From the IMG/VR virus record IMGVR_UViG_3300031413_000001: a stretch of 64,000 bases of DNA; one strand, 5' to 3'. Within the stretch, counting starts at the first letter, position 1; each line of letters starts with the position of its first letter. Both the position numbers and the translations under genes were made by a program. The DNA is from a virus. Taxonomy: Duplodnaviria > Heunggongvirae > Uroviricota > Caudoviricetes. The notes beneath the pieces are model-generated. The model was not told the DNA's origin, searched no databases, and saw only the letters and a list, made by a program, of their open reading frames with translations. Below, one piece after another: positions 9,951-17,889 of this stretch.

Positions 9951-11192
9951 ATGACTAAGCTCTTTGAAAGCAATTGGAAGGCCACTAAGGACGCTCTTTG
10001 CGAGGGTCGTGACCTTCTGGTGAACATGGACGGTTCGGCGAACCCAAACAAGAAGAAGGTCATGGAGACCGTTCTTGAGAACACCCGCCAGGACCTCATG
10101 CGTCGCAACCCACTGATGGAGACTGCATCGGCAGGCGCAACCGCAAGCGGTAACGTCGCAACGATGAACAAGGTCATCCTTCCAGTTCTGCGTCGCGTTA
10201 TGCCTACTGTTATTGCGAACGAGATCATCGGCGTCCAGCCAATGACCGGTCCAGTTGCACAGATCCACACCCTGCGTGTTCGCTATGCGGACAACGCTGC
10301 AGGCGTGCAGGCTGGTGCAGAAGCCCTGAGCCCATACGAGATTGCTAAGGCATACTCGGGTAACGGTTCGCCAAACTTCGACGCAAACGGCAACCGCCTT
10401 CGCGTTGGCCCAGCATCGACTGCGGCACTTGAGGGTCGCGCAGGTAACCGCCTGAGCATCCAGATCCTGAAGGAAACCGTTGAAGCTCGTACGCGCAGGC
10501 TGTCGGCTCGTTGGACCTTTGAGGCTCAGCAGGACGCACAGGCTCAGCAGGGCATCGACATCGAGGCAGAGATCATGGCTGCTCTCGCACAGGAAATCAC
10601 CGCAGAAATCGATCAGGAAATCCTGAACTCGCTGCGTATGCTTCCAGGTGCGGCAACGTCCAGCTACGACCAGGCAAACGTTTCGGGTACCGCAACGTTC
10701 GTTGGTGACGAGCACGCTGCTCTCGCAGTTCTGATCAACCGTCAGGCAAACCTGATCGCACAGCGCACTCGTCGCGGTGCAGCTAACTGGATCGTCGTTT
10801 CGCCAACCGCGCTAACGATCCTTCAGTCGGCTACCACTTCGGCATTCGCTCGTACGACCGAGGGTGTGTTTGAGGCGCCAACCAACACCAAGTATGTTGG
10901 TACGCTGAACAACTCGCTTCGCGTTTACGTTGACCAGTACGCACAGGACGACACTCCAGTGCTCGTCGGCTACAAAGGCCAGGGCGAAATCGACGCAGCG
11001 GCATACTACTGCCCTTACGTTCCCCTGACCTCGTCGGGCGTTGTTATCGATCCACAGACTTTCGAGCCAGTGGTTTCGTTCATGACCCGTTATGGATATC
11101 TGGAGCTCACGAACAGCGCATCGTCGCTGGGCAACGCTGCAGACTACCTGGGTCTGGTTGCGATCAACACCGCAAACTTGAAGTTCCTTTAA
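9951..11192 (+). CDS. gp23: Major capsid protein (T4 gp23-like)
   Basis: RRVMPTVIANEIIGVQPMTGPVAQI, RRLSARWTFEAQQDAQAQQGIDIEAE, YCPYVPL, MTRYG. Confidence 0.97.
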   Translation: MTKLFESNWKATKDALCEGRDLLVNMDGSANPNKKKVMETVLENTRQDLMRRNPLMETASAGATASGNVATMNKVILPVLRRVMPTVIANEIIGVQPMTGPVAQIHTLRVRYADNAAGVQAGAEALSPYEIAKAYSGNGSPNFDANGNRLRVGPASTAALEGRAGNRLSIQILKETVEARTRRLSARWTFEAQQDAQAQQGIDIEAEIMAALAQEITAEIDQEILNSLRMLPGAATSSYDQANVSGTATFVGDEHAALAVLINRQANLIAQRTRRGAANWIVVSPTALTILQSATTSAFARTTEGVFEAPTNTKYVGTLNNSLRVYVDQYAQDDTPVLVGYKGQGEIDAAAYYCPYVPLTSSGVVIDPQTFEPVVSFMTRYGYLELTNSASSLGNAADYLGLVAINTANLKFL

Positions 11193-11240
11193 TTGGTGCT
11201 GGGGGCTTAGGCCCCCACACTTTGAGGAATCCAAAGATAG

Positions 11241-11270
11241 AAAAGGGCGACCGAAAGGCCGCCCTTTTTT
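11241..11270. terminator. Bidirectional intrinsic terminator
   Basis: AAAAGGGCGACC-GAAA-GGCCGCCCTTTTTT between convergent head operon and accessory block. Confidence 0.8.
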
Positions 11271-11287
11271 GTGAGTGAATGAAACGA

Positions 11288-11455
11288 TCAGTTCTTGGCG
11301 TTGATACGCGCCTTGATCGCTTCCTTGCTCACTTTGCCGTAACGCTTTCGCGCTTCGACGTTTTCGGCCGGCTCCGGTGGAAACGAAAAGTAGATCGCTG
11401 CCACCAGGGCAAGGAGGACGGCAATAGCCAGGATCGTGTGAAGATCCAGGTGCAT
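11288..11455 (-). CDS. Small single-pass membrane protein, 55 aa (not in ORF track)
   Basis: MHLDLHTILAIAVLLALVAAIYFSFPPEPAENVEARKRYGKVSKEAIKARINAKN; TAATG coupling to upstream gene. Confidence 0.65.
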   Translation of the reverse strand: MHLDLHTILAIAVLLALVAAIYFSFPPEPAENVEARKRYGKVSKEAIKARINAKN

Positions 11456-11826
11456 TACCAGGCCATCTTCACAGTGCGAACGCTGATATCCAGCGAGGCA
11501 GCGATCTGCTCGTCGGAGACCTGGGCGTTACGCATGGCCTTGATCATCACGTTCTGCGCCTCGGTGGGCAGCGGATCAGCCGAGGTCTCGACCGGGCCAC
11601 CATCGGTTGCCGTGGTCGTTGCCGACTGGACAGCTTCCTTGGCCTTGGCCACGAACTCACCCGACTCCACGCCGGCCTTGATCTTGTTGGCATAGCCTGC
11701 CAGCGAACCGAAGACGTTGGCCACAGCCGGAACGACCATTGCCTTCACCATCGAGACTGCCTGGCTTGTCTCTTCCGTTGCGGCAGCCGAGAGATCGACT
11801 GCGGCCTTCTGTGTCTTTTCGAACAT
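11455..11826 (-). CDS. Protein with C-terminal helix-turn-helix
   Basis: RBS AAGGAGG; C-terminal SDEQIAASLDISVRTV. Confidence 0.65.
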   Translation of the reverse strand: MFEKTQKAAVDLSAAATEETSQAVSMVKAMVVPAVANVFGSLAGYANKIKAGVESGEFVAKAKEAVQSATTTATDGGPVETSADPLPTEAQNVMIKAMRNAQVSDEQIAASLDISVRTVKMAW

Positions 11827-11848
11827 AATATGCCTCCTTGCTTGACTC

Positions 11849-11876
11849 AATGTAGCTGACTGGGGCCCAAAGTCAA
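11849..11876 (-). promoter_or_regulatory. Sigma70-type early promoter
   Basis: TTGACT-N14-GCTACATT. Confidence 0.6.
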
Positions 11877-11885
11877 GTCGTTATT

Positions 11886-12434
11886 TTAGACGATGAAATG
11901 AATGCCAATACCAATAAGGCACAAGCCGCCCAGGACTTCTGCCCATTTGCCCCAATGAGCACCCAACAGGGCACCAGCGCGGTAACCAAACACACAGAGC
12001 ACTCCCGTGATCAGGCCTATCAGGGTGGCCGCCAGTAGCAGCGGAAAGCCTAACAGTGGTAGCGTGATACCAGCAGCGATGCCATCTACACTGGTGGCCA
12101 TTGCGGAGCTCAGAAGCCCCAGGAACGCCAGGACGACCCCCTCAGGTCGTGGTGGCTGTCCAGTTAGCGGATCTTTGTTTCTGCTCTCCCAGAGCATCTT
12201 ACCGCCGAGCATGACCAGCATCGTGCAGGCAAGATAGGGAGCAATATCCTTCCACTCTTCCAGAATGTCACCAACTACCCATCCAACGATGATTGCCAGT
12301 GCATGGAGAGATCCAAAGACCAATCCTGTCCAGAGTGCGTTGCGCCATTTGTGCGACGTTCCTGCGCCACGACAAATCGACACGGCGAAGCCATCAGCGG
12401 AAAGCGCCAAGGCCAATAGGATGAGGGTCAGCAT
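11886..12434 (-). CDS. mntP: Manganese efflux pump MntP (YebN/DUF204)
   Basis: LALSADGFAVSICRG, ATSVDGIAAG, AEVLGGLCLIGIG; multiple TM helices. Confidence 0.85.
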   Translation of the reverse strand: MLTLILLALALSADGFAVSICRGAGTSHKWRNALWTGLVFGSLHALAIIVGWVVGDILEEWKDIAPYLACTMLVMLGGKMLWESRNKDPLTGQPPRPEGVVLAFLGLLSSAMATSVDGIAAGITLPLLGFPLLLAATLIGLITGVLCVFGYRAGALLGAHWGKWAEVLGGLCLIGIGIHFIV

Positions 12435-12469
12435 ACGATCTGGTTAACATGCTGGCGCCGTGGGGACGA

Positions 12470-12475
12470 TATTTA
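12470..12475 (-). promoter_or_regulatory. Late promoter core TAAATA (mntP)
   Basis: TATTTA on plus strand, 35 nt upstream of mntP ATG. Confidence 0.5.
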
Positions 12476-12480
12476 GTCAC

Positions 12481-12511
12481 AAAAAAGGGCGACCCGAAGG
12501 CCGCCCTCTTT
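12481..12511 (-). terminator. Intrinsic terminator after OMP gene
   Basis: AAAAAAGGGCGACC-CGAA-GGCCGCCCTCTTT; near copy of 11241-11270. Confidence 0.75.
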
Positions 12512-12528
12512 CTGGTATTCCGCTTGGA

Positions 12529-13047
12529 TTAGAAGCGGAAGCCGAAGCCTGCCATGACCTGGTCACGACCGCCGAAGTTGCCTTCGTACTCGGTGCGGCG
12601 ATACTCGCCGGTCAGGTACGTCTTCTGGGTCAGAGCGAACTCTGCACCACCGCCGAAGCGAACGCCCTCGAGATTGGTGTGACCACCAAAGCCCTCGACG
12701 CGAGTCGTTGCGTAGCCGACCTTGCCGAACAGCATGGTGCGGGGAGCGACCACGTAGCCGACGCGAGCCGAAGCTGCCAGGTCACGCGATGCCTTCAGGC
12801 CGTAGCCCTTGATGGACGAGTCCTCGAGCGAGACCTCACCACCGATGACTGCGCCACGGTATGCGAAGTCGTAGCCGGCGACGCCGCCGTATGCGACGTC
12901 TTCTGCGTCCATGTAGTTGTCATAGCCGACAGTTGCGCCGATGCGCGGACCGGTGAAGGCCGAGTCATCGCGGGCGTCCTGTGCCATAGCGGGTGCAGCA
13001 ACCATAGCTGCGAGTGCGGCGATAGCCGCGAGTGCAATCTTCTTCAT
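12529..13047 (-). CDS. Outer-membrane beta-barrel protein (OmpA/Omp25-like porin family)
   Basis: Signal peptide MKKIALAAIAALAAMVAAPAMA; amphipathic beta strands; C-terminal beta-signal GFGFRF. Confidence 0.85.
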   Translation of the reverse strand: MKKIALAAIAALAAMVAAPAMAQDARDDSAFTGPRIGATVGYDNYMDAEDVAYGGVAGYDFAYRGAVIGGEVSLEDSSIKGYGLKASRDLAASARVGYVVAPRTMLFGKVGYATTRVEGFGGHTNLEGVRFGGGAEFALTQKTYLTGEYRRTEYEGNFGGRDQVMAGFGFRF

Positions 13048-13082
13048 GAACTGGAATCCTTTTTTGTTCATCGTTAGAATGT

Positions 13083-13090
13083 TATTTATA
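13083..13090 (-). promoter_or_regulatory. Perfect T4 late promoter TATAAATA (OMP gene)
   Basis: TATTTATA on plus strand, 35 nt upstream of ATG 13047. Confidence 0.7.
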
Positions 13091-13136
13091 CACGGCAGGC
13101 CGTTTAGAGCAACATTAGAATTGCCTTTGAGTTGGC

Positions 13137-13736
13137 TTAGGGTGTAGGTGTTGTATTTAGAGCACTCCTAATGGAGCCCAGATCCACCATACTCTCTACA
13201 TCCAGGACCATTCGGGCACGGAGAGCCTGCTGGCGATCCATCATCCCAAACATTCCGTTGAACTCTCGAAACGTCCTCGTCTTCACACCCAGCTGCCTGA
13301 GCTGCGCGCGAGCTTCCATAACGCGGTCCATATCCACCCAGTTGCTTCCCTCGGAAGGCTTGAGTTTGATGATGTACTCAATGTTGTCGATGACACCCTT
13401 GCCGTGCATGACGTCAATGAATGTGGGAGCAGACTTCATGGTCTTCTCAGCCTCACTCTTCAACGCAATGTTCTTCAGAAAGCTGCCGATATCAATGGCA
13501 CCGGTTTCCTTCTCGACCATCTCAACCTCAACAATCTCCCAGCTGTCGGGAAGATTGTGATTGGCGTTGACGTTCCACTGTTGGCGGTATCGGAGGAAAA
13601 AGGAGATCGCGCTTTCGGCACTGGATTGCTTTTTCCAAGTTGTGCCATCATCGGCAAAACGAGAATAGCGAGGATCACCATTCCAAAACTTGTTGGTCAG
13701 CTTGTCACGAACTTTAAAGAGCTTTTTACTGGCCAT
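13137..13736 (-). CDS. Hypothetical protein, paralog of 23582-24187
   Basis: N-terminal FKVRDK...GTTWK; TGATG coupling. Confidence 0.7.
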   Translation of the reverse strand: MASKKLFKVRDKLTNKFWNGDPRYSRFADDGTTWKKQSSAESAISFFLRYRQQWNVNANHNLPDSWEIVEVEMVEKETGAIDIGSFLKNIALKSEAEKTMKSAPTFIDVMHGKGVIDNIEYIIKLKPSEGSNWVDMDRVMEARAQLRQLGVKTRTFREFNGMFGMMDRQQALRARMVLDVESMVDLGSIRSALNTTPTP

Positions 13737-14074
13737 CAGCACTTCCCCACTGGGGTCATGCGCGCCAAGCCATGAGGATCATCCTCGCTGGTCTGAATCT
13801 CGCCGTTGTCTTCTTCGGTTTCCATCCGCTGACGCGAGATGTTTTCCTTTACCTTCTCTTCCACGAAGTCACGATGTTCTTCAGGCAAACAGGCAAGTAG
13901 TTCACCGGTGACCGTGCTGAGTGCAATCAGCATTTGATTCTGTGCGAGCGTTACGTCCAGATCGTCGCCATACTTGTCAATCAGCATCTGGACAATTTGG
14001 CTGATTGCGGACATGCCAGCCTGCGAAGCTTCATCAAGCTTCTCGGCCAACTCTTGGTCAATTTCGTCGGACAC
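13736..14074 (-). CDS. Small acidic hypothetical protein
   Basis: Coupled ORF in minus-strand block. Confidence 0.65.
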   Translation of the reverse strand: MSDEIDQELAEKLDEASQAGMSAISQIVQMLIDKYGDDLDVTLAQNQMLIALSTVTGELLACLPEEHRDFVEEKVKENISRQRMETEEDNGEIQTSEDDPHGLARMTPVGKC

Positions 14075-14137
14075 TTTCTACTCCACCGGAGAACTATTAC
14101 TCCTGGGTGTAGTTGGTGTACGCCTTACCCGTCGATA

Positions 14138-15175
14138 TTAGAATCCATATTTCTTGCGGCGGATCAGTTCCTGCAGAACGTGCTCAGCATAGCGGCTGTA
14201 ATCGTCCTCGTCGTCGTCGTAATCCGTATAGGAAGTCCTGACGTACTCGTACTCACCGTAGCGATTACGAGCAGCAACCATGCCCTTTCGAGCAGCGATC
14301 GTGTGAGCAATCTGCTCACGCTCGTGGTCGCTTCGGGTGTTGTTCATGGCATCAAGCAGGTACTTGATGGGAGCCTTGTGAAGCCACTCGTTGAACTGAT
14401 CTTGCTTTTCCTGTTCCTGAAGACGAGAAGCCATTTCCGGCAGACTCATCACATCATCGGGATCCAGAGCCTTGCAAGCCTTGAAGTCGATGCTGATCTT
14501 GTTCTTGGTGATCGTGGCACAGGGATTGGTAACGCCCATACCAGCGAGTGCCTTGCACATGAACCGGTCCCAGTCTCCCAGGGCCGTGATGTCATCGTTT
14601 CGCTGCACCTTCTGAACAAGGTCGATCAAGATCGCTCCCCACGCTTGCGCGAAGTCGCCGGTCTTTTCCTTGATCGCATCGTTCCGCATGGCGTTTTGTT
14701 TTGCCACGCTCTCAACATTCCGCTGGTGCTGAGCCATGATGCTTTTGTTGGCTTTCTCACATTCGCGGAGTTCCTGACGGACCGGAGCCAGATCTATATC
14801 GCCGCTGAGCTTGACCGCGCTGACCATCTTCTTCAAGATGCTGAGCACCAGTTCATTCTCAGGTTTGATGCCCTCGGTCATGATGGCCTGTAGCTCATGA
14901 GGATTTACATCAATTGCCTGACCGATCTCCTCATAGCGGGGATCCACGTAAACGGCACGGAGAAGCGGCTCACGAGGAGGGGAGACTTCCGCGCTGCTAT
15001 TGGCGTGCTTGAGTGCCTTGTAGCTTTCATTCAAGGTCGTGAGTGTGCCAGGATTGGTGGCGTTGGTTTGCCCTTTGGGCTTTGCCTTTTCCTTATCCTT
15101 TTGGTTGGTCTTCACTCTCGATCCCTTGAGCTGTAGAGCTTTCAGGATAGCAGCCTTCTGGTCATCGTCAACCAT
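14138..15175 (-). CDS. Hypothetical coiled-coil protein (possible HTH-like segment)
   Basis: TAATG-coupled; IGQAIDVNPHELQAIMTEGIKP segment is only weakly HTH-like. Confidence 0.65.
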   Translation of the reverse strand: MVDDDQKAAILKALQLKGSRVKTNQKDKEKAKPKGQTNATNPGTLTTLNESYKALKHANSSAEVSPPREPLLRAVYVDPRYEEIGQAIDVNPHELQAIMTEGIKPENELVLSILKKMVSAVKLSGDIDLAPVRQELRECEKANKSIMAQHQRNVESVAKQNAMRNDAIKEKTGDFAQAWGAILIDLVQKVQRNDDITALGDWDRFMCKALAGMGVTNPCATITKNKISIDFKACKALDPDDVMSLPEMASRLQEQEKQDQFNEWLHKAPIKYLLDAMNNTRSDHEREQIAHTIAARKGMVAARNRYGEYEYVRTSYTDYDDDEDDYSRYAEHVLQELIRRKKYGF

Positions 15176-15678
15176 TATTCCTCGTCCTCGTCCAACATGG
15201 AGCGGTCACCCAACTTGTGGTAGACGTCCCAGTGCTTTACCTTCAGAAGTTCTTTCTCACTATCACTTAGCTTCTCGAGAGCAAAGCGACGCATCTCAAT
15301 CTCATCCTTGCTTTCAGGATCAGGCACGAATGTGTTCACGCTGGTTTCAACAATCATCAACCGCAAGCTGTTGGGGTCAATGCCCGATGGACCACAGTTG
15401 GAACGAACGCTCCTCATGTGGCTCATGATCACCGTCATGTTTGCCTCAAAGTGCTTGACGTCAAAAGGATTGTCGCTGATCTTCAAGTTGATGTTGGAGC
15501 CATACTCGTAGTCATCGTCATCATCCCAGCCGTGACCAACCGTTGGACGAGTCCTCCGCGCAATAGCACGAAGGCGAGCCCTAGGATCTTCTGGTGGGCG
15601 AAGTGATTCTAGGTACTTCCAGGTTCCCTCGCGGGTCTTGCCCTGGATAACGTAGAACTTTCCCTCTTTGAATGACAT
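15175..15678 (-). CDS. Hypothetical protein with C-terminal ALxKL motif
   Basis: RRFALEKLSDSEKELL shared with 24230-24670 and 24667-25068. Confidence 0.7.
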   Translation of the reverse strand: MSFKEGKFYVIQGKTREGTWKYLESLRPPEDPRARLRAIARRTRPTVGHGWDDDDDYEYGSNINLKISDNPFDVKHFEANMTVIMSHMRSVRSNCGPSGIDPNSLRLMIVETSVNTFVPDPESKDEIEMRRFALEKLSDSEKELLKVKHWDVYHKLGDRSMLDEDEE

Positions 15679-15702
15679 CAGCAATCCCTCATGGGAAGCC
15701 GG

Positions 15703-16359
15703 TCACCTCAAGATGGCCGCCGGCTTCCAGTTCCGAGTCCAATGCTCATCGGTTTGAACATGACCCTTTCGAACATACTTTGCAACATTGTCGGCGAAAT
15801 TGTCATTATGGAAACGCTCTGTCAATTGCATCACGAAACCTTCGCGGGCAGGACCGAGTGCGCTGGGTTGCCGGATGGCTTCATCAAACCACTGAGTTAT
15901 CTCGCGAACACTTCCAAACACACCACGGAACAGCAGAGGAACGGTCAGGAAACCAGCCTGCTCGGCAAACAACGTGCGCTCATCCAGGCTCATCCAGTAG
16001 TCGTCCTCGCGGACGTTGAAGACCCTGTAGGTTTCATCTTCCTTCAGGGGATCGTATTGGATGCTGTGAATTCCATAGAGGTCTTCCCCATACGTGAACA
16101 CGTTCGCGTTTACGTTAAGGGTCTTCCAGGCATGATGCTTTTTGACCATAGCGAACCAGCCCTGTGTGGCCGGCTGACCGGTGGAGCGCGCAAAGACATC
16201 ACCTTGCCAGAGACAGGTGTTGCCACCGTCTAGCTTTTCGCTGATACCCACTTCCACGCCCACAAAGCGTTCGGGGTTCTGATGAGTGCTGTCATCGCGG
16301 TGGACTTCCGGAGATGCCACCCAATGTGGACTCGACGGATATTTGGGAGGATGAATCAT
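15703..16359 (-). CDS. RNA ligase (ATP-dependent nucleotidyltransferase family)
   Basis: KYPSSPH, EKLDGGN (motif I), EGFV, KYVRKGHVQTDEHW. Confidence 0.85.
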   Translation of the reverse strand: MIHPPKYPSSPHWVASPEVHRDDSTHQNPERFVGVEVGISEKLDGGNTCLWQGDVFARSTGQPATQGWFAMVKKHHAWKTLNVNANVFTYGEDLYGIHSIQYDPLKEDETYRVFNVREDDYWMSLDERTLFAEQAGFLTVPLLFRGVFGSVREITQWFDEAIRQPSALGPAREGFVMQLTERFHNDNFADNVAKYVRKGHVQTDEHWTRNWKPAAILR

Positions 16360-16679
16360 AGTCCAGTCGACTTTCGGAACTTCTCGAACTCTCCCTCAAC
16401 CCAATCCTTCATCTCTTGAAGATAGGAGTTGGTATCGTGACCAAAGAACTTCTTGGTCTTGCGGAATATCGAGCGGGCTTCAGTACCCCATTCGGTTTCG
16501 TGATTGATGGAATAATAGCTGGAGTGAGCAGTGAGCTCGCCGATCTTTTGCTGGCCCACGTAACATGCCAGCAGAATGCGGGGTGAATCATCACCATGAA
16601 CCGGCGGTGCAGGATCCTGTTGACCAAACGTGCCGTCCCAGCCAACCGAACCAACGTCTTTCCAGACAAACTGCGTCAC
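16356..16679 (-). CDS. Hypothetical protein
   Basis: GTG start with AGGAG RBS; ATGA overlap with ligase. Confidence 0.65.
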   Translation of the reverse strand: MTQFVWKDVGSVGWDGTFGQQDPAPPVHGDDSPRILLACYVGQQKIGELTAHSSYYSINHETEWGTEARSIFRKTKKFFGHDTNSYLQEMKDWVEGEFEKFRKSTGL

Positions 16680-16683
16680 GTCT

Positions 16684-16728
16684 GATCTCCTTTCCACACC
16701 TGTTTAGCGTGGAAAGGAGATCTGTCAA
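16684..16728 (-). promoter_or_regulatory. 14-bp perfect inverted repeat spanning a promoter spacer and an RBS
   Basis: GATCTCCTTTCCAC (16684-16697) / GTGGAAAGGAGATC (16709-16722); TTGACA-N14-GCTAAACA on minus strand (16701-16728). Confidence 0.6.
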
Positions 16729-17189
16729 CAGCCTCGGAGCATGATGATCGTTTGTTCGACCATTTTGTCCAAGTCATCGAAGACTGGAACGTGCTGCATC
16801 ATTGCCGTTTGTTCAATGATATCAAAGCGTCGTGCATAATTGGGGTGGGTTCCGCACATCAATCCACCGACACGGATGCGCTCCATTGCGCTTCCATATT
16901 CCATCAGGGTGATGGGGCAGAGAGTCTCGCTGGGAAACCAAAAGAGGTTGAACTGACAGATCCGGAGCGCGTGGTATTCCCAGCGGATCTGAATGCGGGA
17001 CAGTTCTGCCCCTGCACTCATATCAAAGTCCGCACGACGCGGATTGTAGACAACAGCATCGGTTTCCGCTGCGATACGTTCCGCAACAGCCAGTTGCCAA
17101 TCGGCGCAATCCGAAATGCCGCCGGCCAGAAAGATGCTCTTCTGAAACGGGTGTTCCAGCTTTTCAGGGCTGGTGATGATCCGGCCCAT
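16725..17189 (-). CDS. Nucleoside 2-deoxyribosyltransferase-like protein
   Basis: SIFLAGGI, DWQ, YNPRR, QIRWE, FWFPSETLCPITLMEYG. Confidence 0.8.
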   Translation of the reverse strand: MGRIITSPEKLEHPFQKSIFLAGGISDCADWQLAVAERIAAETDAVVYNPRRADFDMSAGAELSRIQIRWEYHALRICQFNLFWFPSETLCPITLMEYGSAMERIRVGGLMCGTHPNYARRFDIIEQTAMMQHVPVFDDLDKMVEQTIIMLRGC

Positions 17190-17785
17190 TATACGAGGTT
17201 CACCAGCTGGCGATAGGGCGCACCATCGAATACATCGCGAGCCGACGTTTCGATTTCACGAACCAGCTTTTGCAGGACGTCGACCTTGAAGCCACGCTGC
17301 ACGAAGCCATCAACGGCCCACTTCACGCAATAGTCGCTGGCAACGCCCATTACTTCGATGGTCGAAGTGGTGGCCTTCATGTCTTCGAAGAACTTGTCAC
17401 GCGCCCAGGTCACCGTTGGGTTGCGATCGCCATAACCGGTATTGCCGATCAGGACGTCGTCATCTTCCCACATCGAGAACACACCTTTGATCAGATCGAG
17501 CGTTGCGATATCACCGCTGACCAGTGAGGGGTTGAACACGTTGGCATGGCCGAACGTTCCACGAACACAGTGGATTGGAAATTGCTTGCTTTCGGGGAGA
17601 TCGAAGTAGGTTGCCTGGTAGTGCGTGTCGTATGTGAACAACACACCCGAGTATTCATCGGGGTCGAGATTTGCCAGGAACTTGATCCCAGGAACGATGA
17701 TGTCTTCGGCGCCGGCTACATAGAGTGCGCCATCGGGCATCACGAAATCATACTGGGTATCGACGACAACTAGGAACTTTTTCAT
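17189..17785 (-). CDS. pncA: Nicotinamidase (isochorismatase family)
   Basis: VVVDTQYDF, DGALYVAGA, DTH, HCVRGT, GVASDYCV catalytic Cys. Confidence 0.88.
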   Translation of the reverse strand: MKKFLVVVDTQYDFVMPDGALYVAGAEDIIVPGIKFLANLDPDEYSGVLFTYDTHYQATYFDLPESKQFPIHCVRGTFGHANVFNPSLVSGDIATLDLIKGVFSMWEDDDVLIGNTGYGDRNPTVTWARDKFFEDMKATTSTIEVMGVASDYCVKWAVDGFVQRGFKVDVLQKLVREIETSARDVFDGAPYRQLVNLV

Positions 17786-17789
17786 ACAG

Positions 17790-17889
17790 TCCTCCAACTT
17801 TCATTGAGGTGTTTGGGGTGGTAGTTCAACCTTTCGATTAACTACCACCCCTATTTAACCATTATGGCACACTACACCAGTTTTGTCAA
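17790..17889 (-). promoter_or_regulatory. pncA leader: early and late promoters plus two GAAA hairpins
   Basis: TTGACA (17884-17889) N17 CATAAT; TAAATA (17852-17857); 12-bp stem 17815-17851; second hairpin covers the GGAGG RBS. Confidence 0.55.

Noticed and set aside
12435-12480. Expected yybP-ykoY manganese riboswitch before mntP
   Set aside because: Only ~45 nt between terminator and start codon, with no matching structure
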